From NCBI GenBank assembly GCA_951406725.2, contig OX597833.1, forward strand, positions 47,988,001 to 48,052,000: a DNA stretch of 64,000 nucleotides. Reading direction: 5' to 3'. Shown in pieces: positions 36,623 through 49,239 of the stretch. The notes under the pieces are model-generated. The model worked only from the letters and a program-made list of their open reading frames with translations. It ran no database searches and was not told the DNA's origin. This DNA comes from Octopus vulgaris. Its lineage: Eukaryota. Every line of letters starts with the position of its first letter. The stretch's first letter is position 1. The position numbers and the translations under genes were made by a program.

Positions 36623-37257
36623 CATACTTATATACATATATAAAAACAAGCACACATACATATATATATATATATACATACATGTATTCATACATATAAA
36701 TACATACATACGTATGTGTATGCATATAAATTTTACCTGGGTTGTCTATATATATATATATATATACACACATACACACACACATAAATATAATGGCAAC
36801 CCGGGTACACATTTAGCCTAATTATTAAACTTCTCTTTATACCCAAGCAGTATGTATGAAAAAAAAAAGAAAGAAAAAAAAGCGACAGACAGGAAAAAAA
36901 GAAACAGAAAAGGCAAAAGAGAGACACAGGCAGACGCACTCACTCACACATACACACATTTTTGTTATTCAAAGCTAATAATATGTTTGATATATTCTGA
37001 ACATGTATAACCAACTTTTTAAGAAAACAAAATGCTTTGAATATGTAAACTGAACATGAGAGAGACCCAAAATGAGATAGCTATGTAAAATATTTCAAAA
37101 TAAACTTAAGTAAATACAAGAAATAGTTAAGTTTCAAAAATAATGTATGTTGTTGTCAAGTGGGTGCTGAAATAATGAACGAGATATATTACTTCATAAC
37201 TTCAAAGTTTTTAAAACTGTTAGGATATAGGCACAGACATGGCAGTATGGTAAAGAA

Positions 37258-37670
37258 GGCAGCAAGCTAGCAGAATCATTAGCACACTGTGCGAAATGCT
37301 TAGTGGTATTTCGTCTGCCGCTACGTTCTGAGTTCAAATTCTGCAGAGGTCGACTTTGTCTTTCATCCTTTCGGGGACGATAAATTAAGTACCAGTTATG
37401 CACTGGGGTCGATGTAATCGACTTAATACCTATGTCTATCCTTATTTGTCCCCTCTATGTTTAGCCCCTTGTGGGTAATAAAGAAATAGGTATTTCATCA
37501 GTCTTTACATTCTAAGTTTGAATTCCGCTGAGGTCGACTTTGTCTTTCATCCTTTCGGGGTCGATAAATTAAGTACCAGTTATGCACTGGGGTCGATATA
37601 ATCAACTTAATCCGTTTGTCTGTCCTTGTTTGTCCCCTCTACATTTAGCCCCTTGTGGGCAATAAAGAAA
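37258..37670 (+). mobile_element. SINE family M (internally duplicated) nested in the head of a family A copy
   Basis: Host head at 37230-37257 resumes at 37671. Confidence 0.85.
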
Positions 37671-38031
37671 TAAGAAGCTTGCTTCCCAACCACATGGTTC
37701 TGGGTTCAATCCCACTGCACGACACCTTGGGCAAGTGTCTTCTACTATAACCTCAGGCTGACCAAAGCCTTGTGAGTGGATTTGGTGACGGAAACTGAAA
37801 GAAGCCTCTATATATATATGTGTGTGTGTCTTTCTGTTTGTTCCCCACCACCATTGTCAAACGTGTTGGTGTGTTCATGTCCCCATAATTTAGCAGCTCA
37901 GCAAGAGACTGATAAAATAAATACCAGGCATTAAAAAATAAGCCTACTGGGATTGATTCATTCAACTAAAATTTCTTCAAAGTGGTGCCCCAGCATGGCT
38001 GCAGTCTGATGACTGAAGCAAGTAAAAGATA
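37671..38031 (+). mobile_element. SINE family A, older subfamily
   Basis: Family homology. Confidence 0.85.
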
Positions 38032-38175
38032 AATGATAAGGGATGATTCTTTAGCCCTGTCTTTCACATGAGTTTTCGAGTTATAGTGGCTGTTACATAT
38101 CATAATATCAACCAATATGAGGTCTAGATGTGTTTTAACTTCAACATAATGGTCATCATTTTTACTCATAAGATA

Positions 38176-38405
38176 TTTCTTCTTTTCTTTTATTCTTTGA
38201 CTTGTTTCAGTTATATGACTGCGGCCATGCTGGAGCACCACCTTAAAGGATTTTTTTTAGTCAAAGAAATCAACCCCAGGATTTATTCTTTGTAAGCCTA
38301 GTACTTATTTTATTGGTCTCTTTTCCCAAACCGCTGGTGTTAAGGGGGACGTAAACACACCAATATCAGTTGTCAAGTGATGGTTGGCGGACAAACAGAC
38401 ACAAA

Positions 38406-38452
<47 letters not shown>

Positions 38453-38633
38453 GTATATATATGTATGTATGTATATTCAATAGGATTCTTTCAATGTCTG
38501 TCTACTAAATTCACTCACAAAGCTTTAGTTGGCTCGAGGCTATAGTAGAAGACACTTGTCCAAGGTACCACACAGTGTGACTGAACCTGAAACCATATGG
38601 TTAGGAAGCAAGCTTCTTACCACACAGCCATGC
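38176..38633 (-). mobile_element. SINE family A
   Basis: Family homology. Confidence 0.88.
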
Positions 38634-38689
38634 TTGAATCTTTTACATTTATAATCACTGATAATAGTTATTCAAATTCCCATCATACA

Positions 38690-38985
38690 TTCTTTTTTTC
38701 CCTCTAGTTTCAGCTCAGAGCTGTGGCCATGATGATGCAATGCTGTTTTGCTACACTGTTATTACTAAGAGCCTCCTCTAATATGTGGCACTTGGTGAAG
38801 CATGGAGTTTGATATAGCTACCTTCATTTGCACCTCCTGCCACGAGGTAGGTTTATCTGGGACTCTCGACAGGAAGAGGTCCAGCTTTGGTTTAAAAACC
38901 CCTACATCTACTTTGTGCAAGTTCCTCAGACTCTTTAGGAGAGTATTAAAAAGCTGTGGGCCCTTGAAACCCAGGCCTGTTGCAG
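38690..38985 (-). mobile_element. CR1-group-like LINE 3' fragment (ORF2 end plus 3' UTR)
   Basis: LGFKGPQLFNTLLKSLRNLHKVDVGVFKPKLDLFLSRVPDKP..AISNSMLHQ, then CATGGCCACAGCTCTGAGCTGAAAC. Confidence 0.8.
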
Positions 38986-39443
38986 TAACTGGTCCTGAAG
39001 CATGATAGCATAATTTTCTTAAAACAGCTCCATCATTATTCATCATTTAATCCATTTTCTATGTTTGCATGGGTCAAAAATGGAATTTGTTGAGGAAGAT
39101 TTTCTTTGGCTGGATTCTCTTTGTCACCTATCCTCACCTGTTTCCAAACAAGGCAATATTTCATCATGGAAGACTAGAACTGAACAACACTGCTTGTGAC
39201 AGCGACGCTCATTTACAATCATCAAATAAAATCAAGATAAGAGTGCACACAAACATAGACTCATTGGTGTGTGTGTGTGTGTGTGTGCGTGTGTGTGCGT
39301 GCGTGCGTGTGTACATCAAACCTCGCAATGTCAATGTTTTATATTACAATTTATATTTTGTTGGATTTGATACATTTTTACTGAATCTGACTTCAGCAAT
39401 CCAAAAATTGCAGCCCTAGTGAAATCTATGTTTCTCTGATGAG

Positions 39444-39848
39444 TCTTCTTCTCGTCTTGAGACAGCATTCACCCGGGGTGGGTTGAGCTGGCTTCATCCA
39501 TCCTCAATGCTGCATCTCTCACAAACGCCGACCAAACCTGGCTATTTGAGGCTAACGACCACGTGATCTCCAACCACTCCTTATTTCAGCGGCGAATGCC
39601 GTAGATATGGGGACCTAAGTTGGGTTCCAGATCAGCCTTGACTGTCATCAGCCAGGTTTTTTGTTGTCCACCACATCACTTTGCCAACCCTGAAGGGGAA
39701 CTGGGGCAATTGCTTCGTAGATGAATTCTCCTGGTTGACAACGGAGGGCATGACCCAACCAATGCAGACATCTCGTTAGGATGACTTGTTGGAGGGAGGT
39801 GATTTTGCACTGGTGTCGCACCGAATTGTTGGAGACAAAGTGAACAAT
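39444..39848 (-). mobile_element. 5'-truncated RTE-clade LINE with 13-bp TSD
   Basis: Sister of 4698-5114; TSD TTTCTCTGATGAG at 39431-39443 and 39849-39861. Confidence 0.9.
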
Positions 39849-40350
39849 TTTCTCTGATGAGGTCATAATAACACCAAAAAATAACTTGAGTTATCTCCCA
39901 TACTTGCCAAAATAATTAAAAATTAACAAGTGATTAACGTGCTTTTTTTTTCATTGCATAGTTGTTTCTCTTAAGTTTTTTAATACTCCCTCATCATTAA
40001 CTTATTCATTGTGTGGATTAATTATCTAACTACAAACATTCAATTGGGAATCTATGTATTGTCACAAGTTTACATAACACAACATACCTAGTTTACCTAA
40101 AACCTGAGCGTCATTTCATACAATTCATACAAGCACAGCGAATCAAACATTCCTTTAGAAGTCCTTTATTTTTCACATGCAATGTATTATATTATACTGA
40201 ATGTAGTCTTTATACATGCACAAAACCAATTAATTTTGCTAAGATAAAAGCAAAGGATTAATCATAATTACAAAGACTTACTAATCAATATAACCATAAA
40301 ACACATACAGCAGTAATAAATAAATAGTTTGATGCTCTATACCTACTCAC

Positions 40351-40435
40351 CAAAAAAATATTCAATGACATTAAAAAAATAAAAAATGAAATAGAAATAT
40401 CACAAATTGTAAATTAACCCAACTGATGCAAACAT
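40351..40435 (-). other. Possible non-coding or alternative exon (85 nt)
   Basis: Acceptor TTATTTCTTGCAG| and donor TTG|GTGAGT, but the body is intron-like and T-rich. Confidence 0.3.
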
Positions 40436-40857
40436 CTGCAAGAAATAATTCCTAATACTCTAAAAATAGCAACGTCCTATATATAACACACCACAGTGTG
40501 TATATAACTCAATAACCCTGTTCTGGTTTGAGAGAACTTTTCCCAGACATTGAAGAAGATGGTTTTTATTTACCCCAAGGGACTTCCTTCGCAGGATTTC
40601 ACAAAGGTGTGGTTTTAACTTCATAGTAGGCCTCCTATAATCCTTGTTTTTTGTTTATTATTATTAGAGCATTGGAAAACAAAAAAAAGACTTTCTGTAT
40701 GTCTTCCGGTTCTTTACATTCTTAGTTCAATTCTTGCTGAGGTCAACATCGCCTTTCATCCCTCAGGGGTTATAAACTGCCAGTCTAGTACTGGGGATTG
40801 GTGTTAATGACTAAACCCTTCACCTAAAAATTGCTGGCCTTGCACTTAAATCATAAA

Positions 40858-41200
40858 TGATTATTATTATTATTATTACTATTATTATTATTATTATTAT
40901 TACTACTACTATTATTATTATTATTATTACTATATTATTATTATTACTATTATTACTATTATTATTATTACTATTATTACTATTATTATTATTATTACTA
41001 TTATTATTACTATTATTATTATTATTATTACTATTATTACTATTATTATTATTATTATTATTATCATTATTATTATTATTACTATTATTACTATTATTAC
41101 TATTATTATTATTATTACTATTATTATTATTATTATTACTATTATTACTATTATTATTATTATTACTATTATTATTATTATTATTGTTGTTGTTGTTGTT
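40858..41200. repeat. (TTA)n/(CTA)n microsatellite, about 340 bp, between two diverged family M copies
   Basis: Visible directly. Confidence 0.95.
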
Positions 41201-41656
41201 AAAGCAGCAAGCTGGCATAATTGTTAGAACATCAGACAAAATACTTGGTGGTATTTCTTCAGACTCATCATGTTCTGAGTTCAAATTCTGCCGAGCTTGA
41301 TTTTGCTTTTCATCCTTTCAGGGTCAATAAAAAACCAGTTCAGCAATGAGGTCAACATAAATAGCTTCACCCTCCCCTCAAAACTGCCGGCCCTTGTGCT
41401 AAAATTAGAAAGAATTATTATTATCATTATTATCATGCAAGAATGACTTCAGTTCAAATCCTGCTGAAACCAACTTTGCCTTTAATAATTTATCTGGGTC
41501 AATAAAAGTACAATGACAAGAGCTAGGATTGATGGTACTGACTAAACCTTGAAACTAAATATGCCAGTCTTGTGCTGCTGTTGCACTCTTTACTCTTTTA
41601 CTTGTTTCAGTCATTTAACTGCGGCCATTCTGGAGCACCGCCTTATAAAAATATTC

Positions 41657-41691
41657 TGGAGATGCCGGGGATCGAACCCGGGGCCTTTCGC
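41657..41691 (-). pseudogene. 3' half of a tRNA-Ala-like sequence with genomic trailer, fused to a SINE A tail
   Basis: GCGAAAGGCCCCGGGTTCGATCCCCGGCATCTCCA resembles the eukaryotic tRNA-Ala T arm and acceptor 3' strand. Confidence 0.75.
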
Positions 41692-41891
41692 TACTCTTTT
41701 TTTTTTTATACACTTTTTACTTGTTTCAATCATTTGACTGCGGCCACCTTTAGTTGAGCAAATCGACCCCAGGACTTATTCTTTGTAAGCCTAGTACTTA
41801 TTCTATCGGTCTATTTTGCCAAACCGTTAAGTTACGGGGACGTAAACACACCAGCATCAGTTGTCAAGTGATGTTGGGGACACACACACAA

Positions 41892-41946
<55 letters not shown>

Positions 41947-42111
41947 TATGACAGGCTTCTTTCAGTTTCCACCTACCAAATCCACCCACAAGGCTTTGGT
42001 CGGCCCGAGGCTGTAGTAGAAGATACTTGCCCAAGGTGCCACACAGTGGGACTGAACCCGGAACCATGTGGTTGGTAAGCGAGCTACTTACCACACAGCC
42101 ACTCCTGCGCC
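41692..42111 (-). mobile_element. SINE family A
   Basis: Family homology. Confidence 0.92.
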
Positions 42112-42440
42112 TACCACTAGAAATTTTTTTTTTATTATTTTCAAAATTAATTGAGAAAATGACTGTATCTCAATAGAAATATGGTAACAAAAGGGTGAAA
42201 TAAAGAACAACAAGATCTAAAATAAATTTCAGTTATTTCTTCATTGTCCAATAAGAAACTCATTATCCAAAAATCAATAGTCACATTTACAATTTATACA
42301 TGGTTTTTCTAAAATATACTTTCAAAAGGAATCATAAAATCAGATATATCTTAACTTGTAGTATGTTGTTGAAGCTTCTACAAAATACAAAAATTTCAGT
42401 TCCTCTGACAAAACAAAAAAATCCCACAAATGTTCTAGAT

Positions 42441-42689
42441 CATTGGTTCTCGACCATTTTTGGCCTATGGACTGTTCTGATACTTATTTCACTCTGCTGG
42501 ATCCTCATAGCCATTCAATGTTTAAAAAGATCCTTTTTATAATTAAATATTATGAATTGTATAAAAACAAAAATTGCTAAAATATTTTGTGTATTGTAGA
42601 AGTACAACTAATTTATTGCCAATTAATTTCAACAACAAAATCTTATATGGACCCTTAAGGGTCTTATGGGTCCTGGTTGAGAACTGTTG
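42441..42689. mobile_element. hAT-type MITE
   Basis: CATTGGTTCTCGACCA...TGGTTGAGAACTGTTG; TSD TTCTAGAT/TTATAGAT. Confidence 0.7.
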
Positions 42690-42702
42690 TTATAGATGCT
42701 TT

Positions 42703-42969
42703 ATACTCTTTTACTTTTTTCAGTCATTTGACTGGGGCCATGCTGGAGCACAGCCTTTAGTCGAGGAAATCGATCCCAAGACTTATTCTTTGTAAGCTTA
42801 GTACTTATTCTATCGGTTTCTTCTGCCGAACCACTAAGTGACAGGGACATAAACACACCACCATCGGTTGTCCAGCGATGTTGGGGTGGGGACAAACACA
42901 GACACAGAAACACACACATATATATATATATATATGTTGGGGGGCACAAACACAGACATACAAACACAT

Positions 42970-43026
<57 letters not shown>

Positions 43027-43183
43027 TATGACGGGTTTCTTTCAGTTTCCATCTACCAAACCCACTCACAAGGCCTTAGTTGGCCCGAGACTATAGTAGA
43101 AGACACTTGCCCAAGGTACCACGCAGTGAGACTGAACCCAGAACCATGTGGTTGGCAAGCAAGCTACTTACCACACAGCCACT
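42703..43183 (-). mobile_element. SINE family A with duplicated central segment
   Basis: ATGTTGGGG..ACAAACACAGAC unit occurs twice. Confidence 0.9.
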
Positions 43184-43659
43184 CAACTCTTCAGAAACTT
43201 TTTCCAATTCATTATATACACATTTTACTGATACTGATTGGTCACAGAAATAAATCTCAGCCATTTTGATATTAGTTGTGATCCCTTGCAAATCCTTAAA
43301 CAGAGCTGGGAGGGATTGGGGGAAGGGGGAGTCTTAAAATTTCAGAAATGGAAACCAAACCAAAATCATTTCTTATACATAAGTTTCGAATTAAAATTTT
43401 AATCTTTCATCTGTTTCAGTTATTGGACAATGACCATGCTAGAGCACCATCATAAAGGGTTTAGTTGAACAGAGCAATCCCAGTACACGTTTTTCAAGCC
43501 TGGTACATACTCTTTCAAGCTCTTTTACCAAACTGCTAAGTTATGGGAATGTAAACAAACCAACACCAGTTATCAAGCAGTAGGTGGAACAGACACAAAG
43601 ACACACACGTACACACATACAATAGGCTTCCACAAAGTGTGTGTCTACCATTTATTTAT

Positions 43660-43967
43660 TTTTTATGCACCCTTTTCAAGCCTAACCAGGCTCATGGGCC
43701 TGGTTTCCCCGGTTTCTGTGGCGTATTTGTTCCCCCCAGCTGGGTGGGACGCCAGTTCATTGCAGCATCACTCAAGAAACAGGAAGAAAGAGTGAGAGAA
43801 AGTTGGGTCGAAAGAGTACAATAGCCCCCCCCCCCCCCGCGCCGGAGCCTCGTGGAGCTTAAGGTGTTTTCGTTCAACAAACACACACAACGCCCGGTCT
43901 AGGAATCGAAACCGCGATCCTCCGACCGCGAGTCCGCTGCCCTAACCACTGGGCCATTGTGCTTCCA
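43660..43967 (-). mobile_element. SINE family C (young) nested in an old family A copy (about 43400-44108)
   Basis: Homolog of 12035; host halves flank it. Confidence 0.82.
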
Positions 43968-44854
43968 TATCCACTCATAAATTGCTTTATGTGGTCAATA
44001 CAGAGTTGTAGTAAGAAGACACATGCCCAAGAGGTTGTGCAGCAGGATTGAACCCAAAACTGTGTGGTTCCAAAACAAGCTTCTTAACCTTATAGCCATG
44101 CTCACACCTATTAATGTTTCTAATATCATTATGTAAAGAAAGAACAGAACTTTTGGTATAAATTCTGGTGAAAAATAAATGCAATACAACTCAGTAGATA
44201 TTATCTACATTCTAAAACAAACATTAGCGAGCCAATGAGGGAATATTTACTTGGTTGCTGAATCTGCTAGAAATAGTAGCTAAGTCCCTCCCTCAGTAAT
44301 CACATCTTGTTGTTGTAAATAGGAAAAGCTGATCCCAACTGGAATGCTTTAGATCATAGATTTATTTGATGAGGGTTGATGTAGGTCAAAACACTAACAT
44401 ACATCAAAATTGCAAAACCATTTAGACGTGTGAGAAATGCAGTTGAGAGTAACCTGCCTGCTCCAACCTATTGACAGCTTGTCACTAAATGTCTAACCAC
44501 TGTCACAACATTCCAGAACACAGCTATAGCAACCTTGCGAAATCAATCACATTAGACAGCAGTAGAAAAAGGCAATTGCCTTTAATAAATCTAGACATTG
44601 CTGCACACCAGTAAATTTGTGTTGCTGTCTTTTGCCATGCAGAGTCAAAACAGAAGTGACATGTTTCCAATCTGCCTTAAATGCAGTTATTCTCCTTTGA
44701 TTTTCAAGAAGATGAAGGAGAAGCAGGAGGAGGAAGAAGTAAAAGCAGGAAGAGGAAGAAGCATGAGGAGGAAGAAGAAAAGAAGTAGGAGGAGGAAGAA
44801 GAAGAAAAGAAGTAGGAAGAAGAAGCAGGAGGAAGAAAATGAAGAAGACAACAA

Positions 44855-45647
44855 CCACCACCACCACCACCACCACCATCGTTTAGCGTCCGTTTTCCAT
44901 GCTAGCTTGGGTTGGATGGTTCGACCGGGGTCTGGGAAGCCAGGAGGCTGCAGCACCAGGCTCCAGTCTGATCTGGCAGTGTTTCTACAGCTGGATGCCC
45001 TTCATAACGTCAACCACTCTGTGAGTGTAGTGGGTGCTTTTTACATGCCAGAGGAGGCTGGCAACGGCTACAATCAGTTGGTGCTTTTTACGTGCCACCG
45101 GCATGGAACCTGGTCAAGGCAGTGCTGGCATAAGCCACATTCGGATGGTGATTTTTACATACCACCAGCATAGGTATCACAACTACAATTTCCATTTGAT
45201 TTTTATTTTGATGCTGATGTACTTGACTCAATAGGTCTCCTGCAGGTTTAATGGGAAAAACTTGCTTCTCAAACATGCGACTTTTGGTTCAGTCCCACTG
45301 CACAGCAAAACTTGGGCAAGTGTTTTCTACTATAGCACCAGACCAACCAAAACCTGTATATATCATCATCGTTTAACATCTGCTTTCCATGCTGGCACAA
45401 GTTGGATGGTTTGACTGAGGACTGGCAAGCCAGAGGGCTGCACCAGGCTCCAAATTGATTCGGCAAGGTTTCTATAGCTGGATGCCCTTCCTAACACCAA
45501 CCACCCCGAGTGTAGTGGATGATTTTTATGTGCCACCGGCACAAAGGCCAGTCAGGTAGCATAGGCAATGACCATGCTTGAATGTTGCTTTATACGTGCC
45601 ACCGGCATGGGAGCCAGTCAGGTGGCACTAGCACTGACCACATTCGT
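44855..45647 (-). mobile_element. Two tandem RTE 3' UTR fragments (family B) separated by a SINE head piece
   Basis: Family B motifs at 44855-45240 and 45362-45647. Confidence 0.8.
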
Positions 45648-45705
45648 ATATATATGTAAGAATAACTACTGGGGTCAATTTATTCGACTAAACCCCTCAA
45701 GGCAT

Positions 45706-46151
45706 GCTCTTTTACTTGTTTCAGTCGTGTGACTGTGGCCATGCTGGATCACCGCCTTTAGTTGATCAAATCGACCCTAGGACTTATTCTTTGTAACCCT
45801 AGTACTTATTTTATCGGCCTCTTTTTTGCTGAACTGCTAAGTTACGGGGACATAATCGTCAAAATCGTCCAACCCATGCTAGCATGGAAAGCAGACGTAT
45901 AATGATGATGATGATGATAAACACACCAGCATCAGTTGTCAAGCGATGTTGGCGGACAAACACAGACACACAAATATGCACATACATATATATATATATA
46001 TACACATATACACGACGGGCTTCTTTCAGTTTCCATCTACCAAATCCACTCACAAGGCTTTGGTCAGCCCGAGGCTATAGTAGAAGACACTTGCCCAAGG
46101 TGCCACGCATTGGGACTGAACCCGGAACCATGTGGTTCGTAGGCAAGCTAC
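45706..46151 (-). mobile_element. SINE family A containing a short antisense family B tail (45858-45919)
   Basis: Family homology; inserted GTCCAACCCATGCTAGCATGGAAAGCAGACG..(GAT)n. Confidence 0.88.
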
Positions 46152-46342
46152 TTACCACACAGCCACTCCTGACTGCAGTGCAATGACCAAAACAAGTAAA
46201 AGATAAAAGGACATTTCCAAAGTTAATACAACATCCAAGACAGTTTAAAGGAGAATAATTGACATCTGCAAACCTAACAGTTTAACAGTTATGGAAGCAG
46301 AAACATTCGGGCATGTAATTTTTCAAAACATATTTTCCAAAT

Positions 46343-47011
46343 AGGCACAGGAGTGGCTGTGTGGTAAGTAGCTTGCTTACCAACCACATGGTTCTGGGTT
46401 CAGTCCCACTTCGTGGCATCTCGGGCAAGTGTCTTCTGCTATAGCCCCGTGCCGACCAATGCCTTGTAAGTGGATTTGGTAGATGGAAACTGAAAGAAGC
46501 CTGTCGTATATATGTATATATATATATATATATATTTCTTCACTAGCCACAAGGGGCTAAACATAGAGGGGACAAACAAGGACAGACAAAGGGATTAAGT
46601 CGATTACATCGACCCCAGTGCGTAACTGGTACTTAATTTATCGACCCCAAAAGGATGAAAGGCAAAGTCGACCTCGGCGGAATTTGAACCCAGAACATTT
46701 AACAGCAGACGAAATACGGCTACGCATTTCGCCCGGTGTGCTGACGTTTCTGCCAGCTCGCCGCCCTTATATATATATGTATGTGTGTGTATATGTTTGT
46801 GTGCCTGTGTTTGTCCCCCTAGCATTGCTTGACAACCGGTGCTGGTGTGTTTACGTCCCCGTCACTTAGCGGTTCGGCAAAAGAGACCGATAGAATAAGT
46901 ACTGGGCTTACAAAGAATAAGTCCCGGGGTCGATTTGCTCAACTAAAGGCGGTGCTCCAGCATGGCCGCAGTCAAATGACTGAAACAAGTAAAAGAGTAA
47001 AGAGAAAAGAG
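46343..47011 (+). mobile_element. SINE family A with a full family M copy (46535-46766, minus) in its TA tract
   Basis: Both homologies are clear. Confidence 0.92.
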
Positions 47012-47687
47012 TATATCACAAAATACATTTGCCTGAATGAGAACAGAATATGAAACCAGCCCAATATTTTTTACTCCTATTGCTTTTATGTCACTTGTAC
47101 ATCTGTCTTTTGTTCACCCACTCCCAACTCTCACCCCCACCAGCACACCACCAACATATATTTTCTGTGATCTATCCACAAGTTTGTTACACAGCTGTTC
47201 TCATCCCTTCCTGTATTTACACTTATCACCTCCTACTTCCTGAGCCTCTCCTAGTCTTCCACTGCTCCCCCCCCACTGATATTCATCACTGATCCCCACC
47301 TCCACCCTTAGTTCCGTTCACTACATTCACCTCTATACTCATCTCAGTAAGCCTCACCATTAACTCATATGAACTCCCAGTCGTTATCTTATATTATAAA
47401 ATCTCTGTCTCTTCCTATAACTTTGCTCTTAAAACCTCAATATCTTCTTTCACTACACTGTCTTTTGTCCCTAGCTCTTACTCTGAATTCACTCATCACT
47501 ATTTTCTGTCGTGTGTTTAAACCATCACAAGAGAAATACTTAGTATATGCTCTAAAGAACATATCTCCCCACAGTTCCTGATTCTTTGTCCATATTCTCT
47601 CATATCCAAGTTCATGTCTGAGAGTACACTCTGACACCTCATCACCATCTTTACCATCTTCCCAGCTTCTCCCACCCTCTTATAATG

Positions 47688-47912
47688 TGGCGGCAGGTTG
47701 GCAGAAACGTTAGCAGGCCGGGCGAAATGCGTAGCCATATTTCGTCTGCCGTTACGTTCTGAGTTCAAATTCCGCCGAGGTCGACTATGCCTTTCATCCT
47801 TTCGGGGTCGATAAATTAAGTACCAGTAACGCACTGGGGTCGATATAATCAACTTAATACTTTGTCCTTGTTTGTCCCCTCTATGTTTAGCCCCTTGTGG
47901 GTAATAAAGAAA
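47688..47912 (+). mobile_element. SINE family M, full length
   Basis: GGCGGCAGGTTGGCAGAAACG...GAGTTCAAATTCC (B box)...GCCTTTCATCCTTTCGGGGTCGATAAATTAAGTACCAG...AATAAAGAAAT. Confidence 0.9.
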
Positions 47913-48827
47913 TTTATAATGTGGAGTAGCCTTGTATCTCCCCTTTAGTAAGATACCTGTGCCTGTCCCTCTATCATACTTTAGCCTCTCGTCACTTAGA
48001 GTAATGCTACCTCCCTCTCTACTACAAACCCACTTAGTTGTGAGTGTTTAATTTGTCTTCGGTTTACTTGACAGCCTCATTACTGTTGGTGATCTCCCAA
48101 CAAAGCATCCAGCACATTCTATAAAGAGATTGGTGTTAGGAAGGGCATCCAGCCACAGAAAGCATGCCAAAACTGATACTGGAGCTCAACACAGTCCTCT
48201 CCTCCTCATCATCATCATTTAACGTCCACTTTCCATGCTAGCGTGGGTTGGACGGTTCAACTGGGATCTGGGATGCCAGAAGGCTGCACCAGGCCCAGTC
48301 TGATCTGGCAGTGTTTCTACAGCTGGATGCCCTTCCTAATGCCAACCACTCCGTGAGTGTAGTGGGTGCTTTTTACGTGCCACCGGCACCAAACTGTCCA
48401 ACACATGCTAGCAAGGAAGACAGACATTAAAGGATCATCATTCACACACACACATTACATACAAACATAGATTATATGTAGAGGCTATGTCTATGGTCCG
48501 AGGATGAGGAAGGATGATCAAGGTTCCTGGATGTCTGTGACGGTAATGGCTTGAAACAGTTAGCCACTAAACTAATCACCTGCCAATCAGGAGAACACAG
48601 AAACCAAAGAGACTTCATTCTCAGCAAGGAACAGGATAAACAGATAGTTGAGAATATTGTCTTTCTCTAGTGACAAAATTAACACCCAACTGAAAATAGT
48701 GATTAGTGAATTCAGAGTAAGAGCTAGACAAGATAGTTTAGTGAAAGAAGGGCTTAAAGGGCCATTGAACAGTTGTAGCTTCAACAAAGTTAAAAGTTGA
48801 AGTATTTGACCGGATAGAAGAGACAAA

Positions 48828-49239
48828 GGACATTTTCGGTTTGAAGGGCAGTTTTTTCTAACGGTGTCATATGAAATTGTCACCCATAATTATGACCCTA
48901 GTATTGATCTATTGCATTTCAATCTGTTCTAGGGTTAGGGTTAGGGGGGAAGGGTATCTTTTTTTCTTCACAAATGTAAATAAACCCAATCTGTTTCTTA
49001 AACGAGGGACATATTCATATGGCACAGAATGTTTTTTACCTCAACAAATGTCAGTGATTGGTTGAAATTGTAGAAATTGAAGAAAAAAAACAACAAATAT
49101 CTTACAAACCATAGAATTTTCTCAATAAAGCCAAGAGAAAAAGATGTTTTATAAACACATTCTACCAGTATACGAAGTTTAAAATTTTTTAGTTACCTAG
49201 AAATTATGTTAAAAACTGCTGTTCAAACAGAAAAGATCT
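48828..49239. mobile_element. Merlin-like MITE (GG-starting TIR, 8-bp TSD)
   Basis: TSD GAGACAAA/GAGACAGA; same family as 54533 and 55432. Confidence 0.75.

Noticed and set aside
39421-39900. RTE inserted into CTGATGAG; the empty site resembles a hammerhead
   Set aside because: The reconstructed site has CUGAUGA and GGU/ACC but no GAAA and no convincing stems I and III.
41657-41691. Functional tRNA-Ala gene
   Set aside because: The 5' half (acceptor 5' strand, D arm, anticodon) is missing.
44598-45173. 191-aa ORF with K/E/R-rich and poly-His segments
   Set aside because: Made of a GAA/GGA microsatellite, a CAC repeat and a family B element.
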